A stretch of DNA of 64,000 nt from Pelomyxa schiedti (Eukaryota > Protista > Evosea), in assembly GCA_020536535.1 (NCBI GenBank), contig JAHLWZ010000424.1, positions 1 through 64,000 on the forward strand, given 5' to 3'. The notes under the pieces are model-generated. The model ran no database searches. It had not been told where the DNA came from and saw only the letters and a list, made by a program, of their open reading frames with translations. The stretch's first letter is position 1. Each line of letters begins with the position of its first letter. Made by a program: the position numbers and the translations under genes. Shown here piece after piece: positions 25,901-38,009 of the stretch.

Positions 25901-28649
25901 GGATTTTTCACTGGGAGTCTGAGGAACTTTCGGAAAAGCTCAGACGTAAGGTCGAAGCTGGTTTCGTCTGTCTCATTGTACTTTCCCTTGAGCTCAACAT
26001 ACATCTTCAATTGTTTTTCAATTTCAACATCATCGAAGAAGCGTTGTTTCATTTCTTGTATTTGTTCTGTCACTGACCCCTTCAGTCTTTTCTGCAGTTC
26101 TTTTTTTGCTTTTTGCAACAATTCGCCACTTATCTCCACTGCTTCAAACTGTGTTGGCTGAATGGCTGTGGCGTCAGAGGGAAGTAAGTCTTTGAGATGT
26201 ATAATTGGGTGAACTTTGAATTGTACAGTCGTTTTCCCAGATTTCCTGTCTCGCTGTTCTTTTTCTTGTTGTTGCTCCTCAATGAAATTCACAAATTGTT
26301 CAAGTCTGAGAGACAACTGACTAAGGGCTTCACTGCCGAATGTACTACTACAAGCTTGCAGTTTCGACTGTAAATAGCGCATGCTAATTGCAGTCTTAGA
26401 ATGAAACTTAGATTTGGTAGCAATCACTTTATTTTGCCATGCTGTGGCCTTGCCCGAGTCGACATATGTGTTGTCATAGGCTTCTCCAAACCCAAATACA
26501 ATCCCATCTAGTGCGTTGACATACACCCAGGCATCTCTACTTTCTATAAATGCAAGAACTCCTTGCCGTCTTCCACCAGGTGTGGCCTTAGCTTCTGTTA
26601 TCAATGACGGAACAGCCTTTTCAAACTGCCTGCCACTTGAGAAATTCATAATTGCAATATCTACACCCAAACTCCTTGCTTCCCCTTGCTCTTCTAACAT
26701 CATTGCTTGTTTAACTTCTCTAAGTTGTGCTCGGGCGATATTGTTTATTGGCTCTGGGAAACCAAGATACTCCTTCAGCTTGCTTATTATGAAAACTCTT
26801 ATGCCCACTTCAGAATTAAGAAGCCTTCGTACATAGGAATCGTCAAGTGGATTTCGGTCAAGTAACACCTTGGTCATCTGTTGCATGCACCACTGCTTTA
26901 GGTCGGCATTCTTTTCAACAGGTTGGGAATGTACGATCCCAGTGAGAAGGTTCAAGTAGCCGAGTGTGAAGTCGTGATCACCTTCTAGTATAGATTTGCT
27001 GAGATCATAGCCACTACGAATAAGCCTTTTCCCAGCATCAAGTATCTTGGCTGCGGCACTAATGTTTGGTGGGGAAGAGGAAGTTGAATGCGGAACTGAG
27101 GCAGATCCAGCGGCCTCAGCACTGTCCTGGACACTCTTGCCATGCAATTTAGTCTTCCAGAATATTTGTTCCACCCGTGATAAAGCCAGTAATTGTTCCT
27201 CCTGGGGGAGTGGCATTTTTTCCAATTTGAAGAACTCCAATTCAATAAAAAAAAGCTGGTCCATCCAGCTTTTCTTTACATTGATTTCGTCAATTGAATG
27301 TTTGATATCTCCAAATGCCTCAAGTAAGAGGCTAACGTCCCATTGGTTGACAACATTCACGACGCCTTGAATAGCCTTGATACCATTCCCAACCCATTTG
27401 GCCACACTGTCCAGAATTTCAGAGTTGTCATCAATCCTCAATAAATTTTGCTTTGCCACCTAGGATGAGAGTTGGTAATGGCAACTCTCGTTGTGGAAAA
27501 CCTCAGCTTCAGCAGCTACGTGACACTCTTTCTGCTTATAATTAGAAAACGCAGACTTGATTTCCTTGAATGACGAGACAATCTTCTGTTTATCCTCTGC
27601 CCTGTTGGACAAAATTTAGCTTGGGACAAGGGATAAAAATAAAAAGTGCCTGAAATTTGTTATGCCTAATGCCCAGAGTGCCCGGAGCACACGGTTAATG
27701 GCACAAAGCACACTGAAAACTCTTTCCGCATTTGAAGATTGTGCATGCATATCGGAAGCTTTATTTGCAAGTACACGCAGTACCTTAACTGCCCTAAGAT
27801 TTGTGTCAACTAGAACCACCCAAAAGGAAAGCACATACTGGTCCTCTGCAAGGTGCTCTCTTGGAGCCTCACTAAGAACATAAGCCACAGCATCTATCAT
27901 TCCCACATTAACCAATGCATCTTGTTCAACAGTATTTATAAGAACATCCAACAGCTGTTGCACTACCTAATCTCAATTCGTTACATTTTCAAAAATATGC
28001 TATTGTATCAAAATAGTAATAATAAAAAACCATGGAAAGAAAATCAGTTAAAAACCTCTCTGTCTTCAACCACGGCAAGCTGTTTTACTTCTTCTATGAG
28101 AGCCTGTGTTTTAGTCGGAGTGAGTGCGAACTGCGCAATCACTTCCAAGGCCAGCCTTTTTCTCGGGTTGTCATAAGCCAGAGATCTCTTGATCCTCCCA
28201 GATCCCGTGTCGCTTTCATCGGGCGTGCCGCCGGGCCTGTCGTCGGCCCGTAATTTTTCCAGAAGTGAATCGGCGGCCGATTTCGCACAACCAACGATCC
28301 GGGAAACGATGCCACCGCCCGAGACCGAGCCGGTCCGGGGAGTGATGCCACCACCAGTCGTTGATGTCGAAGGTGCCTGAGGATTCGAGTTTGGAGATTT
28401 CGGGTCTGCGGGCAGCTGCTGTGGAAGCGGCAGGGGAGTCACGTTGAGCTTCTTCACGAGGGCATCGTAGCGCTCTGCAGTTGCAGATTCACTCTGAGGG
28501 GACAGGTCCTGTGCCAGCTGAGAGACTGTGGAGATCATTTTGATCGTAGCAGATGCAGTCGGCGCTGCAGCCGCGGAACTCACCAACGACGAAGTGCTCA
28601 GGACATTCGGGGACGACGTCGCTGCTGTGGCCGTTGCTGCGTTTGACAT
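19976..28649 (-). CDS. Large STAND/NACHT NTPase with pentapeptide repeats, WD40-like repeats, an extra C-terminal domain and an acidic tail (NLR-like)
   Basis: Walker A LLLGCAGTGKS, Walker B LLLILDGFDE, LVTSRPE, LKTPFVL, FIHKTIMEYF, SNAMTVL then pentapeptide repeats, FSPD/FSHD/ISPDG WD-like blades. An intron at about 20964-21007 joins the acidic last exon in frame. Confidence 0.88.
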
Positions 28650-28760
28650 GTTTGGTTGTTGTTGGAAGAATTTTTCGTTGTTCGGCGAACAGAAATTCTG
28701 TTATCAGGTTTCGGGATTTCTATGAACGAGGCAATAACTATTCTGGGCGTTTTTGTATCC

Positions 28761-31700
28761 TCAAGGCTTCTTGAACATTGGTTGGTAGTCTTTGTAGAAG
28801 ACTGTGAGTTCTTCGTCCAAGTGTGCTGGTGATAGTGATGATTTGGCTATCTGTTTGGCAAGCAAAGTCTTCATAGAGGTCAGGAACGCAGCCTATGGGA
28901 TGACTTTCAGATACAACTGGTGAGGTGATGGGGAGAGGTTTACCAGTGTAATGCCTGGGTTTCTTGCCAGAAGGTTGAGTCCTACTTCGTGCATTGCAGG
29001 AATGTAAATGGATGTAGGAAGTAACAATGGCGCCATGTGCTTAAAGAGACCCGACCGCCTGTCCATTACAATATCCTGTGTATAGCACAAGTGAGGAATG
29101 AAGGCAGGGACAAATGTTACCTTTTCAGTTGCGAGGTTCTTTAGAAACATTGGGCATTGAGGAAAACAACAGTGGTGACGAAGAAGCCCAGGGTTTCGCA
29201 TCAAGTCCAATTGGTCATTCTGGTTTTTGTTTTTTTTTTTTTTTGGGAAGATTTGTTTTATGGGGTACCTTTGGTCTAGTCTTATTCAATTCGTTTACTT
29301 CCTTCAATGTAAATAATTTTGGCATGCCAGGATGCTGCTCTAGGAAGTCCTCTTGAAGTTTTCTCTTCATTGCAATAGCAACAGCTGCCAAATTTTCTTT
29401 TGTTTGTTTACTAAGAGCCTCGATAATCTTGGATTCCTCCCGTGCGTAGAGTTTTCCCCTGGTTTCACGGGCAATGTTTTGTACCACCTTGTGTGTATGA
29501 ATAGGTTGTCACTATACTAATGTAAACTGAACCTCAAGTGGCCGTGATAGTGACTCCAGCTCTAACCTCCGGGATTTGCTGTTGTGGTATCTTAAACCCT
29601 ACCTTATTGTCAAAAAGGAGTTGAGAACGACTAAAAAAAACCTGTACATAAATAGCAATAGGTAAGCAGCCCGGGTCACATTGGCTTTGTCTTTCAGATG
29701 GAAGATAGCGAGAGATGAACGTAGAAACTATGGGTATAAGTCCCTCTTGTACTTGCGTAAATTTTACCTTGGTGGGCATGTTCAAAATCGTGAATGAGGT
29801 TCTCTCGAAACTGTGCATCCCCAGTAGCAATAAGGACGTCAAGAGAAGCGGCCTTTGTAGCAGTGTGTAGGTATGAAAGTAGGCTCAGACAAGCAAAAAC
29901 TGATTTTGGAGGACAATTTGACAGCATACTCATATCCCTGTAGAATAAACCACTCTTGTTGCGTGCAGTATTGAGGGAAAACTCATGTGAGTGTTCCGGT
30001 TTATTTCCCTTTAAAACTGTATCTCTTGTGGGATGATGACAGTTATCATTCTTTATACCAAGAACGGATGCAATCATATCGGTTGCAATATCGGCAAGAG
30101 GAGTTAAATTCGTTGGTGAGCACTCCCCTTTTTCCAATTTTTGCTTCTGAATTCCCTTGAGAACAATACGACAGCCCCTGCTAGCTGCCTCCCCCAGCAA
30201 AGCAAACGCAATTTCTGAAAGTTGATCAAACTTCTCGGCAGCAAAAAGACCCAGTGAAGCAAGTGTTTCAGGGAAAACGCACATGGCACCCAGAATTTTA
30301 GCAACTGAGGAAACATCGTCTTCCTCTGCTTCTGTCATGAATCTTCCAGGATGTGGTTGTACGAGTTTTTCGAGAAGAGTTTGCCAGTAGGATTGGCTGG
30401 AGATCGAACGGCATCGGCACCGAAGGGTGTAAAGAATTCGAAGCATGGCTTCTACATTTCTTGAAGTGCGCGTGGTGGGATCGAGTAACTGAGAGGTTGC
30501 CCGAACCAGTGAGTGCATTAATAAGGCTGTCCGTTGTGCTGGGAGAGAAAGAGAAGGATTCCTAGTGAAAAGAATGGCGGTGTACACCTCATGCAAACGT
30601 GTTTGAGAGAAAGTACGGCAAGGGGAGAGGTTAACAGGATCGTCAACAACTAAAATATCAGTTACGACTGTGCCATTGGAATCTTTCAGTTCCGCCATTG
30701 CGTCCAATGCACATGAAGCACTGGCTGTATCGCCATAATCAGATGATACATACTTCACATTAATGGCCCAAGGATCCACATTGGAAGCCTCAGATCGCGA
30801 AATGGTTACGAATAAACCAACCATTCCATACAAATATAAGAGATCACTGGAATATGCAATGTTGATGCACGGTAACTGTAGTCCGCTTGCAATCTCCAAC
30901 GCATGTTCGATTGTTGATTTACCTGATACAGCGCTGCGGGGATCACATCGCTGTGGCTGGAACAGATTTTCGGTACGACAAAAATGCTTTTTCAAGTCAG
31001 CAACCAGTTCATCCACCACTACCAGCCGGGCACGGCGAAGAGCCCGAGAGCCATACTTCATTGAAGTAACTTTGCTCAACCACATTGCCTATAACAGATA
31101 TTAGTAGATGTTTCGCCAAACATGTGAGAAAGGCTCCACCTGTTGGTCTGAAGTCATTTCAGACTGGGCCAGTTTTACTTGGTCCTCCAGGCCGCCAACT
31201 AAATTTTCCAGTTCATTTACCAACCTACGTTTTGCTTTCATCATCACAAATCTTTGGGCTGGTGTTTTCCCTTCTAGTTCGCGTATATTCAAGTTCTGCT
31301 CTTTAATAGTTTTCACCACCGAACTGGTGATTTTCAAAGCAGCAGTAATATCTTTGTTGGCAACTGCTGCAATTTTAATATCCGCCACAAGGGTGGTGAG
31401 TGTATGAAGAAGGGCAGACTGAACAGAAAGTCGGTCTATACACGGATCAGCATCTACTCCCACAGTGTAATCACACCAGCCAATCTGGATGTGGTGTGGT
31501 GGAGTCTGACATACAAGGAGAACAGCTGTTGCCCCTTCAGGTTTCATCACAACTGTAATATCTGGTTTCGGCCTGCACACAAGTGAATGCACAAATCCAG
31601 TATCAAAAATATGCTCTGATGGAGGTATAGACAGTTTGAGAGCGCTAGCTGACGAGCAACAGCGTTTAAGATCGTAAGACAGTTGTTGTACAGCCAATGG

Positions 31701-34700
31701 AAGAACTTTAGTTTGTCTGGCATAATAGCAAGGATATCTTTCATTTCCCGATACCGTTTGGACTGAAGTTTTCATTTTCATGCCTGAATAGGGATTAGTT
31801 GTTCGATTTTAAAGGATTAAAGATACCCAGGGAAGTGTCAGAGTCCTTTCCTATTCCCACAACGGAGAACATGGCATCCATTGCCGTGCCATAGACGAAC
31901 TTACTGTAATCTGAAATATCGTGCTCGATGGTTTTCTTTGTATTCACTGTATCCGCACCGTCGGACATAAGCACAAATAGAAATAGGTGGTTCTGCAAAA
32001 CTTGAATAGTGCGCATCCATTTGCATAACTTGGTTATTCTTTGCATCTGAGCATCATCGGGAAGAGTGGGATGAGTTTCTGTAGAGCTGTGCTTCCGAGC
32101 TTTCCTGAGATCTTTCTGTGCTTCGAGGAGTATGAACTCCTCGGCAGAGCAAACTCGTTGAAGAGCCTCGGTAAATGCATTTTCTGCTTCTTCCAACAAA
32201 AACCGCTCTTGCATTGCCAGAGCAATATCAAGAGCTTTCTTGAATCCACCAAGGGCATCTGTTGCCTTCTCTAAATGGATGCCGGTAACAGCTGGGGATG
32301 TGAACCATTGGGGGGTTGTCACTTTGTGTGCCTCGACGGTGGAACCAAAGAATACAGCTGTGGCAGTGTCTGGGTCAATGGAAGCAAAAAGTTGTGCACA
32401 TGCAGGCAGCATTAGCTTCTGGAAGGTGAAACCCATTGAACTGGATTTATCCAGAATGAAGAATAAGTGAACTGCAGTTGCAGGTGCGTGATAGGAATAA
32501 ACTCCAGCTCTGTCTAATGCCTTTAAAGTTAAAGGCAAAATCCATTGGTTTTCTGTGCCAGGTACTTTCCTAACAATAAAGTCTGTCTTAGGCTGCAGAC
32601 CTTTGATGTCAGTCTCTTCACTGTCGGTCTTCCTTATTTCTGAAAGGGCTTCTGACCCTGCTTTACTTTTTCCAGACTTAACTGATGAGACAAGTTGTGA
32701 ACGGGTAAGTTTGCCCCATTCAACTGCTGCTTTCTTCCTCATTGCCCGGAGTCTTGACTTAGAGGGTTCTCCTCTTGATTTCTCAAGAAGATTTGGTGCA
32801 GATGGGATGCTCACAGGACCATATTTAATTAACAGAACAGGTAGAACTTGTTCATTTTGAAAAAGAACATAAGCATAGTTGTCAGGTGCAATAACAGAAT
32901 CGTAGCCAGGAGGAGGGGCATCATTATCATAAAATTCATATCTTTTGCATAGCTCGGGTGTTGCAAGGCACGCTCTGCCCAAGTTTATAAGAGCCACAAA
33001 GATAAAATGCTGACCCACAGAATCATAGCACGAGAAACCATGTGCTACTTGAATAATGGGGCTTACATATATTCCTTGCCCCCAAACAGAACCTGTTTCA
33101 ACCTTAATCACTTTTCCCGATTCTGTGAGATCCCATGGACATCTTACTTTGTTATTAGGGGATAATATAAATGAGATTTTCTTACACAAGCCCTGACTTT
33201 GCAATGCTTGCAACATTTTCTTCATTGCTTGTACCGTGAAATCCAATTGTGGGGGCATAGAAGGCCTTGCGATCAGCCGCTATAGATTTAGCTTGTTCAT
33301 CATTCAGACGTTGCAAATAAGCAGAAAATTTTGCCAGAAGGTGTGGTGAAATAATATTTTCCACAGTATGAACTACATATGGAAATTTCACTGCTAAGGA
33401 ACTTATTGCTTTTGTGGCAGCAATTGTAAGCTTCTTAACAATAGTATCCACACTAACTGTCTCAAGGGCACAGCGCGGTACTTGTATTTGTTGTGTAGCG
33501 GGAGCAAAATCGCAGCCAGCAGGAATACAGGGAATTACATTTGTATCTGGACTCATACGAATTTTATCCACCTGCTGTGAAGCAGCAGTGGCGTAGTCTT
33601 GTGCAAGAGAAACGAGAGTCTGGCAAATAGCACTTCCAATACCACGCCTAGCACACTTCTCAAGCAAATTTTGCAGCACTACTAGATCACCAGTAGTGAA
33701 GTTATCACTATCAGGGAGAGAAATTACAGGAGACACATCGGGATAATTTTCATGAAGCTTAAGAAGAAGTTCCACATATGTGTCTCCCTACCAAAGGTTA
33801 ATATTTATCCTACGATTTCTTTACATACAGAAGTAGAGGTGCAAGTTATACTTGCTGTGTACTGGAACCCTTTTTCCCTTTCTTGTAAACTTGCGTGGGA
33901 AACCTACTGCTAATTGGAGAGGAGAAGGACAATGCGAGTAGAGATACCCTTGTGTGCCCCAAATTTTTGGCAAAGAGTCTTTCTAACTCTTCCATTGTAG
34001 AATCCTTCTATGTATATGTGTTCGATTAAAGTTTCAACGCTAAGCTACCAACCTCTTCCGCATGGGAGGCTACAGAAACATCCTGAGATGACTTAGTAGG
34101 CGCTGAGGTTGATTCTGCCGTCGAAGAAGTAGTTGTGGAAGTTGTAGTGGAAGTGGTAGTGGAAGTTGTGGGTGTGCCAGGTTGAACTGGTGCATGCGCG
34201 GTATTTTTTGGTGCTTTTGAACTGGATTCCAACGCAGTATCAATAATTTTCTAGGGTAATAGTTGGCAGTCCAATTTGCTACTTGCAACATAGGTACCTG
34301 AGAGGAGGTGAACTGAATTTGATTTAAAACGCCTCGTGCCACTAGTGAACGAAGTGCACTTACAAGATTCCCAACGTTAGCAGTGATTTTGGATGCATTA
34401 GGAACTTGTTTGAACAGTTACAAAGTTAATAGATATATTCATTTGCGAATAAAACCTGGAGGAGATGCCTTAACTGGAGAGCCAAAAAGGGTCTTCGCCA
34501 ATGCAAGTACTTTAGCCTTGTGATCACCATTCATCAGATTCCTTGGATCGGCCAGTACGAGACCCTTCCAAGTAGTTAGAAAAACAAACAAACAAACAAA
34601 TAAATACACACACACAAAAAAAAAATAACCCCCAACACGGAGCCTAAAAGCAAAGATATAAGAAAACAATGCACACGGAGATTTCAGAAGCTTGAGCTTT

Positions 34701-34915
34701 GGTAAGTAATCTCGCATCTACACAAAGGCCCAACGACTCGATAAAAGCTCTTAGCAATGCAAAGGCCTTGGTGCTGCACGTCCACACGGGGGAAAAGTAA
34801 ATGAAGTCAGCAACAAAGTAAATTAAGAGCAACAACAGTCAAACCTGGATATTTTGTTCCCGGCACCACCCACCACCGCTATTTTTTTCGCCGCTGCCGA
34901 GTCGTTCCGCTTCAT
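28761..34915 (-). CDS. Multidomain RWD - PARP-type ADP-ribosyltransferase - vWA - unknown domain protein
   Basis: RWD-like LHENYPDVSP...GSAICQTLV; ART motifs FHGT, WGQGIYVS, GYDSV, AYVLF...QVLP; vWA MIDAS FILDKSSSM and FVLMSDG. The 5' exons are tentative. Confidence 0.78.
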
Positions 34916-35046
34916 TCACGACAGAGTGTTCCGGTCTGTTGATTAGTGTGGTGTTGTTCGCCACCACGCCAAAATGGCCATTTGTACTACGAACCCCACT
35001 GCACGCAACCACATTCTACTTCGGTTTTTGTTGAGGGACAACTTAC

Positions 35047-36297
35047 TCAACAACGGGAAGTTTTGTTTGTTGGTGGAGGTGGGCTTTTGAGGGCCACGGT
35101 GCTTGTGGCGGCTCGCTGTCGGCAAGCTTCTTCAGCATCTTCCTCGTCCTCGTGCATGGTTTTTACATCGGCAAGGAGTGCCATGATGGCTTCGTCCACA
35201 TTGGTTGAATCTTTGGATGACGTCTCCCTGTGGATAGATATGTGGTGGTAAGTGTTTGTTGATTATTGTTGGTGTGACTGCACATATATTGAAATACTCG
35301 CTGATGAGGCACACACCAAAATTTGAGGCCGTTTTCTTCTGCAAATGCTTTTGCCTGGCTGTATTCCACCGCCCTGTGGGGAGTGGCCAAGTCCAGCTAA
35401 AGAAATAACATAAGCAATTAGCTGAATTCCAATAGTTTATTTTAATATTAGTCATCAAGAATTCAGATTCAATTGAAACAGCCTTTACAGCCAACCTTTG
35501 TGCCAACTAGTATCTTTCGAGGTGGTATCCGACAGTTTGTATCTATTGAGCGTAGCCATTCTGGAATATGTTGAAAGCTGCTTCTATCGGTGATATCACT
35601 GTGAAATTGTGAGTGGTTTGTGTTTGGGATGGCAAAACACACTAGGTTACAATAATGCCAGAGCACCCCCGGTAATCTTACAAAGCAAATCTAGGATAAG
35701 GAAATGTATTGATTGTAAGACGATTACATGCACTGGTTATCGTTCTGAATCTAATTGCATTGTTAACAGTCCCTGTGGGTATGGAAAAAGAACCTTTCTT
35801 CCCCAGCAGTGTCCCACTTTTTGGGTGTCAGTAAATTGCCTCAAATTTAAACGGGGAAACAGGCCTACAATTTGGGCTTTCAGAATCTTGGAAGCTATTT
35901 GAACTGTCCGAACTTTCTTTTCTTTGGGTCAGAGCAGAATACAAAGAGAATAGAGGAAATGGCCAGTAACACACAAAATCAACTCCAATGGTGCTTATGA
36001 AGGTCGGTGAGAAGTGGTCTTCCTTTTAGCACAATAAGTCACCTTCGAGATTACACCGAAAGAGGTACACTAACCACAAATCGCAGTAGAAGACAAGCTA
36101 TACCAAAAATGAGAGAATTGATTAGATGCCTGGCATTAGCCAAAGAATTCAGGACCCGTACTTTTGCCCACGCCATGGTCGCCAATGAGAAGCAATTTCG
36201 CCAAATAATCACTGGGTGTGGCAACGTCAATGTGTGTTATTACGGGTGGGAGTTGTTCTGACACAACAAACACTCACTAGTTCTTCCCAGCGGACAT
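35047..36297 (-). CDS. Rab-family small GTPase, paralog of 276..1447
   Basis: DYLAKLLLIGDHGVGKS, WDTAGEE, DITDRSSFQHIPEWLRSID, LVGTK, ETSSK; same intron positions as copy 1; ends KTSRC*. Confidence 0.9.
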
Positions 36298-36507
36298 GTC
36301 TGAAACGGAACTTTTTTCTCAGTGTTACTACCAAAAAAAAAAGTCTCGGGAAGACCCGAGCGACGGCTATTTCGAGGAAAAAAGGGTTGGGGTGCACTCC
36401 TGGAAAGGTGGTTGATAAAGTGCCAGTTCAATGAGGAGTTGGAGCTATCAATAGATTTGACCCGAAACAACTCTCCATTTATGAGCCCAAAGCACCGACT
36501 CGTTGTA

Positions 36508-37732
36508 TCACACTTCCTTACTGGCAGTAATAATACCCAATCCAGTCACGGTGTTGGACACGACACACAGTGGGGAAAACAAACAAAGTAGTAAATACAG
36601 GGGAAACACAAAGTCTATTGAAAACAACATCAAAAATTGTGCCTGTAGGTTACAATTAGGGAGACAAGTCATAACAGGGGGTGGAATGTGATAGGGAGTG
36701 TAAGGAGGCATGGTTACGCACGGCAAAATACCAGCAAGTTCCATAGCCCAGTTTGCACTATCAAACCTTGTTGGCTTAACCTTTGCGGCCACATTGTTGC
36801 GAACCATGTCACCACATGTTGGCAGAGTGCCGTGCTTGCTGCGGTATTCTACATCAGCGGCCTTGGCCACAGCATGAAGGTCAGCTTCGGCCAGAGGTGA
36901 CGGAGGGTGTGTGGTGGAGGGTGTAGAGGGTGTAGCGGACGTGTGTTGGCCAACCACCATTCCAACTGACTCACCATTGCGGTCAAATACAAACAGAACC
37001 GGGCGTGGGTTGGTGCCCTTTGGGTGCTCAAGGAACCCAGTCATGCTGTCCCTCTGCGGTTCGGCGGGTGATTCCTGCTGAATCGGCGTTTCCATCCGTG
37101 ACAATGAAGAGGAAGAGGAAGAGGAATGAGAAGAAGACGCAGTGGGTGGTTTCGAAGGCGGGTGTGAACTTGTAGTTGCATGTAGTGGAGATGATTGGCG
37201 CTGTTGTTGTTGCTGTTGGGCAGAGAGGGGACTGGGCTTCCTTGTTGGGTTTTGAGACCCGTGGAGTGCTGATTTCACAGCATCAGCAGAGAATGGCACA
37301 GAAGCTGTTTTGGTAAGCTCACCCTCGGCACTGCGGCGAAACACGTGTAAAATGGGAGTAAGATGGGGCTGCAGTTGTTGCTCAGGCGGAGCGCCTCCTC
37401 CTGTGGTGTGAGTGGCTTTGTGCAATGACCTGAAGTACTCGGCGCTGTCAAAAAACTGTCGGGTCCACGCCAACCTATTTTGCAACTCCTCAGCAGTCAT
37501 ATTGCGCCCGTATTTACGCTTCACTCTTTCTTGCTCAAACTCGAGCCATTCCTTTTGTTTTTGGTAAGGTAATGCAAGGTTAGTGTACTGCTGTTTCTTT
37601 GTACTAGTGTTAGTGCTGTATGTAGCATAAAAACCACGCTTGGCTCTAGATCTTAACGGGTACCTTTGTTCCTGGTTCAAATACGTTTGTGGGTGGTGTC
37701 GTTTTTCGCTTGGTTGTCGTTGCCGTCGCCAT
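36508..37732 (-). CDS. Endosulfine/ARPP19/Igo-like protein with two FDS motifs
   Basis: KRKYG...RQFFDSAEY and SKHGTLP...TRFDSANWAM separated by an S/P/Q-rich linker. The 3' end is uncertain. Confidence 0.65.
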
Positions 37733-38009
37733 CGTCGTTTGTTTTATTTTTTTTAATATTAAAATTTGAATAATTCCTAACTTCTCTTTAAGGGCGTTTT
37801 CCAACGTTGTTTCTTTCTTTTTCACAGAGGTTTGCACCTTTTTTAAGTACTTTTCTAGTAGAACGACGAGAATTGTGTGTCTATTTCGGTGCAAATCGAC
37901 TTGCTTTTTTGGTTCCAGAACACACTGGCCCCAATTTTACAGAACGTAACGAGTGACTGGCTGTACTTGATTCAATCAAAAGCACAAACGCCAGTCACTC
38001 TCCGTCCCA

